Made by a program: the position numbers and the translations under genes. The notes under the pieces are model-generated. The model was not told the origin of the DNA, made no database searches, and was given only the letters and a program-made list of their open reading frames with translations. A DNA stretch of 12,228 nucleotides from Spirochaetaceae bacterium. GTDB taxonomy: Bacteria > Spirochaetota > Spirochaetia > Treponematales > Breznakiellaceae. Location: positions 1 through 12,228 of the forward strand of contig JAISMB010000143.1 in NCBI GenBank assembly GCA_031276945.1, given 5' to 3'. Position 1 is the first letter of the stretch. Every line of letters starts with the position of its first letter. Positions 1-8,119 of the stretch are shown here, piece after piece.

Positions 1-120
1 TTAAGTCAGACCTCGCCCCCCTTAAGTCAGACCTCGCCCCCCTTAAGTCAGACCTCGCCCCCCTTAAGTCAGACCTCGCCCCCCTTAAGTCAGACCTCGC
101 CCCCCTTAAGTCAGACCTGT
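1..120. repeat. Tandem 21-bp direct repeat TTAAGTCAGACCTCGCCCCCC: five perfect copies plus a partial sixth. The array reaches the window edge and may continue to the left.
   Basis: Perfect 21-bp periodicity is visible from positions 1-105. The partial last unit (TTAAGTCAGACCTG) contains the TGA stop of the adjacent minus-strand MCP gene. Confidence 0.95.
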
Positions 121-2312
121 TCCACCTTAAAACGGGAAACCTCCCGCATAAGCGCCGCTATCTGCCGGTGGTTCTCCCCGCTTATGTCCTGCACCTGGTT
201 CACCGCGGTGTTTATCTGCTCGGCTCCGCTGCTCATCTCCTCCATACCGTTCCCTATCTCAGTGGTGATTTTTCCTAGATTCTTACTTTCCTGCATCACC
301 GCACTGCTCCCCTGGAGCATCCCTTGGGCGCGCTGTTTCACTTCTCCAGTGATCTCGTTCAAACTGCCTATGGATTCCAGTATGGCGTTGCTCTCCGCCT
401 CCTGCCCTTCCATCGCTGTACGGATAGCAGCCTCCTTGTCCGTTACCAGCCGCACCTGCTCACTGATGTCCTCAAAGTTCAGCATTACCTCATTCGTCGC
501 TCTCGTGATCGTGTCTATTGAGTCTTTTATTTTGGCAAGCACTTCACTTATGGTCTTGGACTGCTCACCGGAAGACTCGGCGAGTTTGCGTATCTCATCA
601 GCGACAACGGCAAAGCCTTTGCCCGCCTCCCCCGCGTGCGCCGCCTCAATCGCCGCGTTCATGCTTAACAAGTTCGTCTGGTTTGCGATGTTTTCCATGA
701 CCCCGTTGATCTCAAATAACCCCGCTGATTCCCGGGCTATCTCTTGAATATCCCGCGAAACTTCCTGTAAGCCGCTCCTCCCCACTTCAGATGCGTGGGC
801 AAGTTTTTGGACATTGGCGGTGTTTTCTCCCAGACTTTGAGTTACGTCATGGATACTGTCCAGCATCTGTTCCACAGCGGATGAGGATTGGCTGACACAG
901 GAGGTCTGTTTTTCAATCTGCCGGTTTAAGGTCTCAAGGCTCTCCAGCATCTGTTCCATAACAGAATCGGTATTATGGACGCTCTGCACCTGTCTTTCAG
1001 TTTTGGAGGTGATGTTCCAAATGTTCGCGGTTATTTCATTAACGGTGGCGGCGGTATCCGCAACGTTCTCTTCAAGCTCCCCGCCTGTTTGGGAGAGGGC
1101 GTTCACCTCGTTCCGTATGGAGAGGACCAGGCGTTTTATCTGGTCGACGGTGAAGTTCAGATAATGGGCGAGGTCGCCCAGTTCATCGCGGGACTGTATC
1201 GTGATCTCTTTGGTCAAGTCGCCTCCGGCAATGTCTTTGAGAACCGCCATCGTATGGGTAAGAGGGTTGCTTATGGAACGGGCGGTGAGGATCGCCCCTG
1301 CGGACATAAAGATAATGGTAAGGACGCCGATGATGACGCAAATCCTAATCATCCGGTAAACCGGCGCCATGATGGCGCCTTGTGAAACGCCGACAACCAG
1401 CGTCCACGGTTGCGGAACACTCCCGATGGTGAACGGCACGGCATAGTACTGCATGACGCTTTCTGATTGTGCGGGACGGTACGAGAAGGAGGCGGCGGTT
1501 CCTGTGGTAACGGCGTTGACCACCGTCTCAAGGTAGGGTCCGAAGGTATCCTGCTCCGACTCGCGCATGTTCTTTCCCAGCCGGTCCGGGTCGGTGTGCG
1601 CGGCGATGATGCCGCCTGAACTGAACAGCAAGGCAAAGCCTTCTTCGCCGAATGGTTTGATTTTGCTGATCATAGCTTGCAGGGTTGATATTCCCATGCT
1701 ACATCCAATGGAGCCTATCTGGGCGCCGTTATCTTTTACGATGCTTCCCATATTTGCAATGACGCTTCTTCTTCCATCGCTTGCCGTATACACAGCAGGA
1801 TCAAGCATATAGTCCTCATAAAAATTAAACTTAAGATTCATCGCTAGAACCATGTTCCAGTCAAAGCCTACTATATAATTTAGTATAACTTGGTTATTGA
1901 CCAATGACCACGCGGGAATAAAGCGTCCGGTCTCATCGGTTCCGGGTGTGTTGGCATAGTCCTCGTCCAGCCCGTCCAGCCCGTTGGGGGACCAGTTGGC
2001 ATATATGCTGTTTAGTTCAGGATTCGCTCTGAGCGCATGTCTCATCATAAAGTTGAATTGTTCCCGCCGTTGTTCAACCGGTATGTCTTTGTACCCTTCC
2101 ATTACTTGTGCGAGGGTACGCGTCGTACCTATATACGTTTCAAACCATTTTCCGATTTGTTCGCCGGTATGGAGCGCAATGCTGTACACCTGCTCGTCCG
2201 CTAAACGGACGATTTCCTGCCGCGATTCAATAATCGTAAGTCCGGCTAAAAGACTAATGCCAATAATATTGATAACGCTGATGACCACCACCAGCTTAAT
2301 CCCGATTTTCAT
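111..2312 (-). CDS. Methyl-accepting chemotaxis protein: TM1, periplasmic Cache-like (probably double-Cache) sensor, TM2, HAMP, MCP signalling domain.
   Basis: 733-aa ORF with an ATG at 2310-2312 preceded by AAGGGAG. There is an N-terminal hydrophobic helix and a second TM around residue 320 ([23 protein letters not shown]). A HAMP-like segment follows ([20 protein letters not shown]...[12 protein letters not shown]). The highly conserved MCP signalling motif [33 protein letters not shown] is present. The gene ends RFKVEQV-TGA. Confidence 0.9.
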   Translation of the reverse strand: MKIGIKLVVVISVINIIGISLLAGLTIIESRQEIVRLADEQVYSIALHTGEQIGKWFETYIGTTRTLAQVMEGYKDIPVEQRREQFNFMMRHALRANPELNSIYANWSPNGLDGLDEDYANTPGTDETGRFIPAWSLVNNQVILNYIVGFDWNMVLAMNLKFNFYEDYMLDPAVYTASDGRRSVIANMGSIVKDNGAQIGSIGCSMGISTLQAMISKIKPFGEEGFALLFSSGGIIAAHTDPDRLGKNMRESEQDTFGPYLETVVNAVTTGTAASFSYRPAQSESVMQYYAVPFTIGSVPQPWTLVVGVSQGAIMAPVYRMIRICVIIGVLTIIFMSAGAILTARSISNPLTHTMAVLKDIAGGDLTKEITIQSRDELGDLAHYLNFTVDQIKRLVLSIRNEVNALSQTGGELEENVADTAATVNEITANIWNITSKTERQVQSVHNTDSVMEQMLESLETLNRQIEKQTSCVSQSSSAVEQMLDSIHDVTQSLGENTANVQKLAHASEVGRSGLQEVSRDIQEIARESAGLFEINGVMENIANQTNLLSMNAAIEAAHAGEAGKGFAVVADEIRKLAESSGEQSKTISEVLAKIKDSIDTITRATNEVMLNFEDISEQVRLVTDKEAAIRTAMEGQEAESNAILESIGSLNEITGEVKQRAQGMLQGSSAVMQESKNLGKITTEIGNGMEEMSSGAEQINTAVNQVQDISGENHRQIAALMREVSRFKVEQV

Positions 2313-2604
2313 AAGACAGTCTCCCTTGGAATGATGATGAGAAAAACAGATTGCGCTGCATTTCCGTCTGTAAGATTAGTGGTACAGCTGTGCGGTTAAG
2401 CACAGATAGGAGGGGTAGAACAAAGGGCGATGTTCGAGTGAAGTCCAAAAAACTTATTCATAATAATACTCCTCTAACATTATCTTATCGCGATTCCCGT
2501 CTGGAATCGACTTTTCACCTAGTCTAGCATTGTGTTCCTCTCTTAGTCTAGCTAAATCTCACCTCACTCGGACTGGGCAACGATTCCAGCTCGGAGTGAA
2601 AGAT

Positions 2605-3277
2605 TCATGTGGGCTCGGGTGTTGTCCTAGGGGGTTTCGTCAAAAAGAAGGAAGATAAATCTGAGATAGAGAGCGGCGAGAAAGGAATCAGAACGTTTAG
2701 CATACCGAGTAGTACTACCTCTCTGTACTGCTTAAGCCACCGAAATACATGCTCAATGAGATGGCGCTTCTTATACAGCTCTGTGTCATAAGTCCTTACC
2801 ACTTTCCGACTACGCTTGGAAGGAATAACTACCTTACTACCTCCTGCACAGGCTGTGTCTATTACCTGGTTCACGTCATACCCCCTATCGGCAATCAAGA
2901 CTTTTACTGATAACCCTGCCATTAAGGGCGGTGCATAGGCGCAATCCGCCTCCTGCCCCGCTGAAACTATGATACGTACCGACTTTCCCTTCTTAATCTA
3001 TAGCAAGGTGGACTTTCGTATTGAGCCCCCTTGTGTACGCCCTATCCCGCCAGCGGCAAAATCTTCGGTATGTATTTTTCCAGTCGCCGTATTCAGGAGG
3101 TAAATCTCTCCAAGGAACGCCGGGTCTGATAATCCAGGATACAGCATTGATAAAGCGTCGATTGTCATGAGCCATTCGACCCTGTTTACCTGCCGCTTCT
3201 GGAAGTAAGTCTTTTATTTTTTCCCACAGCGTATCATTGATGTCGTGTCTGTGCAGTACTTTTCCGTTTTCTTTCAT
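2605..3277 (-). pseudogene. IS5-family DDE transposase, disrupted. It is split into ORFs 2993-3277 and 2605-2922, with an internal deletion of about 128 bp and a C-terminal frameshift.
   Basis: Relative to copy 2, the segment DVWKTIAAELIGEVDTQWLMIDATYSKVHADG...QAIG is missing. The deletion lies between GATAG microhomologies (junction near 3040-3050). Near 2730-2760 a 2-bp indel shifts the frame after LKQ, so the ORF ends in unrelated residues instead of the RGIA(T)RY... tail. Confidence 0.75.
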
Positions 3278-3322
3278 CTTGTTATCTTACTTTATTTCCT
3301 TCCTTTTGACGACACTCCCTAA
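2627..3322 (-). mobile_element. IS5-family (IS427/IS1031-like) insertion sequence, copy 1, degenerate.
   Basis: Terminal inverted repeats (C)TAGGGGGTTTCGTCAAAAAGAAGGAAGATAA at 2627 and TTAGGGAGTGTCGTCAAAAGGAAGGAAATAA (reverse complement) ending at about 3322. These match the ends of the second copy at 4208-5027. The internal ORFs carry the IS5-type N-terminal RRFINAVSWIIRPGVPWRDLPPEYGDW and C-terminal IADRGYD...YDTELYKKRHLIEHVF..LKQ motifs. Confidence 0.8.
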
Positions 3323-3344
3323 CATATTCCGGTAATAAATTTAT

Positions 3345-4205
3345 GGAGGTGATCCACAAAGAATGATGAACCTCAAATAAAGCCGTAATTGATGTATAAA
3401 GAAAGCAATATCAAAGGCTTTTCAGTGGTTGAACAGCTTTTGGAAAAACAGCAGTTCAGTTCCTCCGAAATGTCCGCCTTACCTGATGCCTCAACCGGTA
3501 ATTATTCCTCTCTATCCCTCCCATATGCTTTTTTCCTATGTTATGGTTGTCCTCCGCGAAAGCTGAAAGAAAACTGTCCCTATCGTCCGTCGCTATCCTG
3601 TCATAGCTTATCCCTATCTGTTTTATCCTCTTTACTTAACTTTTTTGCGGTTTTCAGGTCCACCTTTCCACAGACAAACGCCACAATTTTCTCGCTTCCC
3701 CGCTGATACGCGTATATCAGCCATAGGTTGTTCTCCTTTTTTCCTCTATACGTCCAACACTCGTCTATTTCAAGATGATCGTAGTAACTTCTCTTCGGTT
3801 TTATGTTATGTTTGGTTGATTTCAGTACTTTTAAGACTTTGGTGATACTGATGTCTGGTATGCCCATTCCCCGGACAAGCATGATTTTTACCAGTTCGAC
3901 TACCCGGGAAAGGCATCCCCGATAGGGTTTTTCATGGTCGCTTAAAAACTGACGTCCGCGGTCTTTACACTGGTAATTTTGCTTTCCCTTGCTCTTTTTC
4001 CCGTTTCGAGTTAAGGTGGAACTATGGCAATGGGGGCATTTGAGTTCTAATGTAAGGAAGAGCGTCGCTACTCCTCCTGTTGAGAAGGCTGTTAAACGGG
4101 GAATGGGCTTTGTGGTCCTCAAAATGCCAAAGCACAAAACCCATTGCGACTTTCTTCTTTTTCACTTTACAGCTTCATGGGCTGTACTGAGAAAGCGTCA
4201 CCGCC
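3345..4205 (-). mobile_element. IS1-family-like element with a frameshifted transposase.
   Basis: Putative terminal inverted repeats GGAGGTGATCC (3345-3355) and, in reverse complement, GGCGGTGACGC (4195-4205). These resemble the IS1 GGTGATGC termini. The coding content is IS1 InsA/InsB-like. Confidence 0.55.
3601..4137 (-). pseudogene. IS1-family transposase fragment (InsA-like zinc finger fused to the start of the InsB-like DDE domain). The remainder continues out of frame to about 3400.
   Basis: The 178-aa ORF contains CPHCHSSTLTRNGK...YQCKDRGRQF, a Cys4 zinc finger like IS1 InsA. It also contains IDECWTYRGKKENNLWLIYAYQRGSEKIVAFVCGK, comparable to IS1 InsB [20 protein letters not shown]...VVAHVFGER. 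After its stop at 3601, another minus frame reads ...HNIGKKHMGGIERNNYRLRH, which resembles IS1 InsB ...ISKRYTQRIERHNLNLRQH. The transposase is therefore frameshifted or internally deleted. Confidence 0.65.
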
Positions 4206-4207
4206 AT

Positions 4208-5027
4208 TAGGGAGTGTCGTCAAAAGGAAGGAAATAAAGTAAGATAACAAGATGAAAGAAAATGGAAAAGCATTGCACAGACACGACATCAGTGATAACC
4301 TGTGAGAAAAGATAAAAGACTTACTGCCAGGAGCGGCAGGTAAACAGGGTCAAATGGCTCATGACAATCGACGCTTTATCAATGCAGTATCCTGGATTAT
4401 CAGAACCGGCGTTCCAGACAGAGACTTACCTCCTGAATACGGAGACTGGAAAAATACACACCGAAGATTTTCCCGCTGGCGGGATAGAGATGTCTGGAAA
4501 ACAATAGCCGCTGAACTTATCGGGGAAGTGGATACCCAGTGGCTTATGATAGATGCAACTTATAGTAAAGTCCATGCAGACGGATGTACAGCGGTTGGAG
4601 GAAATCAAGCGATAGGGCGTACACAAGGGGGCTCAATACGAAAGTCCACCTTGCTATAGATAAGAAGGGAAAGCCAGTACGTATCATAGTTTCAGCGGGG
4701 CAGAAGGCGGATTGCGCGTATGCACCGCCCTTAATGGCAGGGTTATAGGTAAAAGTCTTGATTGCTGATAGAGGGTATGACATGAACCAGGTAATAGACA
4801 CAGCCTGTGCAGGAGGTATTAAGGTAGTTATTCCTTCCAAGCGTAGTCGGAAGGTGGTAAGGACTTATGACACAGAGCTGTATAAAAAGCGCCATCTTAT
4901 TGAGAATGTGTTTTGGTGGCTTAAACAGTGGAGAGGTATTGCTATTCGCTACGCTCAACGCTCTGATTCCTTTCTCGCCGCTCTCTATCTCAGATTTATC
5001 TTCCTTCCTTTTGACGACACGCCCTAG
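4208..5027 (+). mobile_element. IS5-family (IS427/IS1031-like) insertion sequence, copy 2, degenerate and inverted relative to copy 1.
   Basis: Left inverted repeat TTAGGGAGTGTCGTCAAAAGGAAGGAAATAAAG begins at about 4208. Right inverted repeat ...TTCCTTCCTTTTGACGACACGCCCTAG ends at about 5027. The two ends match each other with a single mismatch. The copy abuts the IS1-like right end with a 2-bp gap. Confidence 0.8.
4252..5027 (+). pseudogene. IS5-family DDE transposase, inactivated by a premature stop and at least two frameshifts.
   Basis: The ATG at 4252 gives MKENGKALHRHDISDNL and then TGA at 4303-4305, where copy 1 reads TLWEKIKDLL. The homology then continues in three different frames. 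ORF 4354-4659 reads RRFINAVSWII...QAIGRTQGGS. The next frame reads KVHLAIDKKGKPVRIIVSAGQKADCAYAPPLMAGL-stop. ORF 4758-5027 reads IADRGYDMNQV...RHLIENVFWWLKQWRGIAIRYAQRSDSFLAALYLRFI. Confidence 0.8.
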
Positions 5028-5060
5028 TTTAACAGCCCTCTCAACATCTTTAGATAAGAT

Positions 5061-5130
5061 AAGAGAGGGGATAGGTCAGACCTTGCCCCTTCGCCTTAGC
5101 CCGCGATGCAACTCCCCCCATAGGTCAGAC
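5061..5130. repeat. Two degenerate copies of the TAAGTCAGACCTCG repeat core (ATAGGTCAGACCTTGCCCCT at 5061 and ATAGGTCAGACTTCCTG at 5110).
   Basis: Direct inspection shows ATAGGTCAGACC twice, 49 bp apart, immediately outside the IS5 copy 2 end and 70-140 bp from the atpG stop. Confidence 0.6.
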
Positions 5131-5201
5131 TTCCTGATCCGACTAGGATGGGCTTGAGAACTTCGTGCGTTACTGCTTTGTTTCTTGAGAGAGGGAGGCA
5201 T

Positions 5202-6083
5202 TTAAAGCCCCAGAGAACCGCTTATAATTTCAGTCATTTCCTGCGTAATAGTCGCTTGGCGGATGCGATTGTAATAAATCTGCAAGTCTGCAAGCATTTT
5301 TTCAGCATTCTTTGAAGATTCGTTCATTGCTTTCATGCGAGCGCTCTGTTCACTGGCATAAGCCTCGACTAAACAGCCGTAAATCATGCCTTTGAGGTAA
5401 AGCGGCACGAGCGCCTCAAAAACAGTCTCAGCAGAAGGCAGGTATTCAAAGCTCAACGCAGTCCGTTGCTGCCCGCCGCTTTCGATAATTTCAGCCTGTA
5501 TTTTCTGTGCATCAAGCGGCAGCAGGTGGTGGATAGTCGGCACGAGTTTAACGGTACTGTAGAGGTGGGTATACACAATATAAATCTCGTCAAACATGCC
5601 CCAGAGGTACTGCATTATAAGGTAATGGGTGATAAGCTGGGCATCATCAAGAGTCGGCAACTGTGAGTTAAAGGAAAAATTCTCGACTAGAGGGTAGGGG
5701 GCATGGCTAAAATAACGATAAGCGCTGTTCCCCACCGGCAGCAGCACGGGGTTGCGTAGCTGGGCGCAGAGGGTATTGACCGTCTTAAAAATGTTGGCAT
5801 TGTAGCCGCCAGCCATACCTTTGTCGCTGCTTATTATCAATACAGCGCTGTGAAACGCGGTGTTTTTTTCTATCCGTTTAATGAATTCATTGGGTATCAT
5901 GCCGGCACCGACGACAATATCGTATAAAGACTTCTGTATCCGCATGAAAAACGGTTCTGTATCTTCAAGAATACGCCGTGCTTTACGCAATTTTGCCGTA
6001 GAAATAAGGTCCATCGCTTTGGTTACCTGCAATGTTTGTTGTATCGCCCGCATCCTGAGGCGTAGTTCTTGTCCGTTTGCCAT
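5202..6083 (-). CDS. atpG: F-type ATP synthase F1 gamma subunit.
   Basis: The sequence is collinear with bacterial gamma chains. The N-terminus MANGQELRLRMRAIQQTLQVTKAMDLISTAKLRKARR compares with E. coli [34 protein letters not shown]. The C-terminus is ASEQSARMKAMNESSKNAEKMLADLQIYYNRIRQATITQEMTEIISG. The ORF track extends to 6119 by using a TTG start. The ATG at 6081-6083 (MANGQ...) gives a canonical length of 293 aa and is preferred. Confidence 0.9.
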   Translation of the reverse strand: MANGQELRLRMRAIQQTLQVTKAMDLISTAKLRKARRILEDTEPFFMRIQKSLYDIVVGAGMIPNEFIKRIEKNTAFHSAVLIISSDKGMAGGYNANIFKTVNTLCAQLRNPVLLPVGNSAYRYFSHAPYPLVENFSFNSQLPTLDDAQLITHYLIMQYLWGMFDEIYIVYTHLYSTVKLVPTIHHLLPLDAQKIQAEIIESGGQQRTALSFEYLPSAETVFEALVPLYLKGMIYGCLVEAYASEQSARMKAMNESSKNAEKMLADLQIYYNRIRQATITQEMTEIISGSLGL

Positions 6084-6254
6084 GATTTCGGTGGAAAAAG
6101 GAAGGGAGAGGGCGCGCAAAGTTCGCTTCTTCTGTCCTCTTTCCTGCTCCTGTCTTATAAGATTTACTCAAACCGAGAGGGATTTTTAAGTCTCGTGCCT
6201 GCTTCTTCCTGCGCTCGTTTCACGTGCGACATGCGCTCTCATATTCACAGGCTT

Positions 6255-6273
6255 CCCGCCAACGGCGGGTTTT
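6255..6273 (+). terminator. Plus-strand terminator-like GC hairpin plus T-tract (CCCGCCaacGGCGGG-TTTT), lying between two minus-strand genes.
   Basis: A perfect 6-bp GC stem with a 3-nt loop is followed by TTTT on the plus strand only. On the minus strand the same hairpin is followed by AAGCC, with no U tract. Confidence 0.35.
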
Positions 6274-6427
6274 AGTTAAACCGGTTGAACCGACCGTGCG
6301 CCGTTCTCAAGCACGATCCAACGCTGAAGCGGCTCGTTCGTCCGTTGTATGCCCTTGTTGTTCAAAGGCATTGCTTGCCACTGCTGAGAGGGTATCATTA
6401 TTCATTATGAAGTATAATACTCGTTTG

Positions 6428-7918
6428 CTAGGCAGTTTTTTTATACTTTTCTATCGCAGTCTGTAGTTCCGACTCGTTCTCAAGGGAAAGTGCGCCGGTT
6501 TTTTTAATGCTCTCCATAAGCGGCGCATACTGAACATTAAGATAGGCAAGAAATTCACGCAGAAAAGACCGCACTTTTTCTTTTGGCACATCAAGCAGGA
6601 GGTTATTGGTTATCAAAAACAGAATTGCCACTTCTTCTTCAAGAAGGAAAGGAGAAAACTGCGGCTGCTTGAGTGTTTCCATAATACGTTCGCCTTGGGC
6701 GAGCTTTTCTTGCGTAGCCTTATCCAGATCGCTGCCGAATTGGGCGAAAGCCGCCATTTCCCGGTATTGTGCAAGGTCAAGTCTGAGCCGACCTGAAATA
6801 TGCCTTATAGCTTTAGTTTGTGCAGAACCGCCGACCCGGCTGACTGAAAGCCCTACATCAATGGCAGGACGAAAGCCGGCATTGAACAGTTCTGTCTGTA
6901 GAAAGACCTGTCCATCGGTAATTGAAATAACATTAGTAGGAATGTATGAAGAAATATCACCAGCTTGGGTTTCCACAATGGGAAGAGCTGTAATAGAACC
7001 GCCGCTTCTCAGTTTTGCAGCGCGTTCTAAAAGCCGAGAATGGAGGTAAAACACATCACCGGGAAAAGCTTCCCGTCCGGGCGGACGGCGCAGCAAGAGT
7101 GATATGGTACGGTATGCGACCGCATGCTTTGAAAGATCATCGTAGACCACAAGAACATCTTTGTGCTGGTGCATAAAATGTTCAGCCATAGCAACGGCTG
7201 AATACGGCGCTAAGTACTGCAAAGCTGCCGAGTCTGATGCTGCTGCAAGCACCACAAAGGTATAGTCTAAAGCGCCATACTTTTCTAAATTGCGCACGAT
7301 TGCTGCTACTGAAGAAGATTTTTGCCCGATAGCGCAGTAAATACAGATAATATCAGCATCTTTTTGGTTAATGATTGTATCAAGAGCAAGGGAAGTTTTT
7401 CCGGTTTGTCTATCGCCTATGATTAATTCACGCTGTCCACGACCAATGGGAATCATAGCATCAATGGCAATAATTCCGGTTTGTAAGGGCGTATCAACAG
7501 CACCACGCTCAATAACCGGTGCAGCAGGCGACTCAACCGGCAGCATCTCTTCCGGCTCAAGAGCCCCTTTACCATCAACCGGCACACCGAGCGGATTCAC
7601 TACCCGTCCTAATAAGGATTGTCCAGCCGGAACTGAAGCGACTTTTCCGCTACCGCGTACTTCTTCGCCATCTTTTACTAACGAATCACCAGAAAGCAGT
7701 ACACATCCGACCGTTTCTTCGGTTAAGTTCAGCACCATGCCAGTTGCACCGGAGGCAAATTCCACCAGTTCGCCGTATACAGCTTTATTGAGTCCGCGGA
7801 TAATCGCCACAGAATCACCGACTTGTACAACAGATCCCACCGAAAAAGACGGTACTTTAGTTTCCCAGTTTTTCAGTTCTTCTTGTAAGATCGCGGTTAA
7901 ATTGCCAAAATCAAGCAT
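6428..7918 (-). CDS. atpA: F-type ATP synthase F1 alpha subunit.
   Basis: 496-aa ORF with an ATG at 7916-7918 preceded by AGGAAAGGG. It carries the Walker A motif [11 protein letters not shown] and the alpha-signature block [53 protein letters not shown]...[45 protein letters not shown]. Confidence 0.95.
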   Translation of the reverse strand: MLDFGNLTAILQEELKNWETKVPSFSVGSVVQVGDSVAIIRGLNKAVYGELVEFASGATGMVLNLTEETVGCVLLSGDSLVKDGEEVRGSGKVASVPAGQSLLGRVVNPLGVPVDGKGALEPEEMLPVESPAAPVIERGAVDTPLQTGIIAIDAMIPIGRGQRELIIGDRQTGKTSLALDTIINQKDADIICIYCAIGQKSSSVAAIVRNLEKYGALDYTFVVLAAASDSAALQYLAPYSAVAMAEHFMHQHKDVLVVYDDLSKHAVAYRTISLLLRRPPGREAFPGDVFYLHSRLLERAAKLRSGGSITALPIVETQAGDISSYIPTNVISITDGQVFLQTELFNAGFRPAIDVGLSVSRVGGSAQTKAIRHISGRLRLDLAQYREMAAFAQFGSDLDKATQEKLAQGERIMETLKQPQFSPFLLEEEVAILFLITNNLLLDVPKEKVRSFLREFLAYLNVQYAPLMESIKKTGALSLENESELQTAIEKYKKTA

Positions 7919-7964
7919 ACCCTTTCCTCTTGATTAACGAATGAGCCGGTTTTCCTAACCTGCA

Positions 7965-8004
7965 TAAGAAAAAGATCCTCCGGCACGCACCGGGCGGAAG
8001 ATCC
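7965..8004 (-). terminator. Rho-independent terminator of the LRR-protein gene.
   Basis: On the minus strand, GGATCTTCCGCCCGGtgcgtgCCGGAGGATC forms a roughly 12-bp stem with one mismatch. It is followed by TTTTTCTT and lies 116 nt downstream of the LRR stop at 8120. Confidence 0.6.
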
Positions 8005-8119
8005 CCAAAGGAAGTCTAGTTGTAAAATAACTATACCAGAAATAACGAACGGAACGCAAGCCCTCTTGACTGAAAAGCACGGCAGCCTCTCAGAAATCCT
8101 CAAGAGGTCTGACCGTGAG

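Noticed and set aside
184-2334. Plus-strand ORFs inside the MCP gene (184-747, 975-1385, 1567-1812, 1984-2334 and others).
   Set aside because: They lie antisense within a well-supported 733-aa chemoreceptor CDS and have low-complexity compositions with no recognisable motifs. They are typical shadow ORFs.
2313-2626. Looked for a sigma-28 (TAAA-N15-GCCGATAA) or strong sigma-70 promoter, and for repeat-family copies, upstream of the MCP gene.
   Set aside because: I found only a weak TTAACC...TAATCT candidate, a small hairpin (CGATTCCcgtctGGAATCG) and a doubled AGTCTAGC motif. None were convincing enough to call as features.
3389-3706. 105-aa plus-strand ORF within the IS1-like element.
   Set aside because: It is antisense to the frameshifted continuation of the IS1-family transposase, which shows InsB-like IERNNYRLRH on the minus strand. 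It is serine/leucine-rich low-complexity sequence.
5202-6119. TTG start at 6117-6119 for atpG, as given by the ORF track.
   Set aside because: Alignment with canonical gamma N-termini (M-A-x-x-x-E-I/L-R-x-R/K-I) places the true start at the ATG 6081-6083 (MANGQELRLR...). The 12 extra residues have no counterpart.
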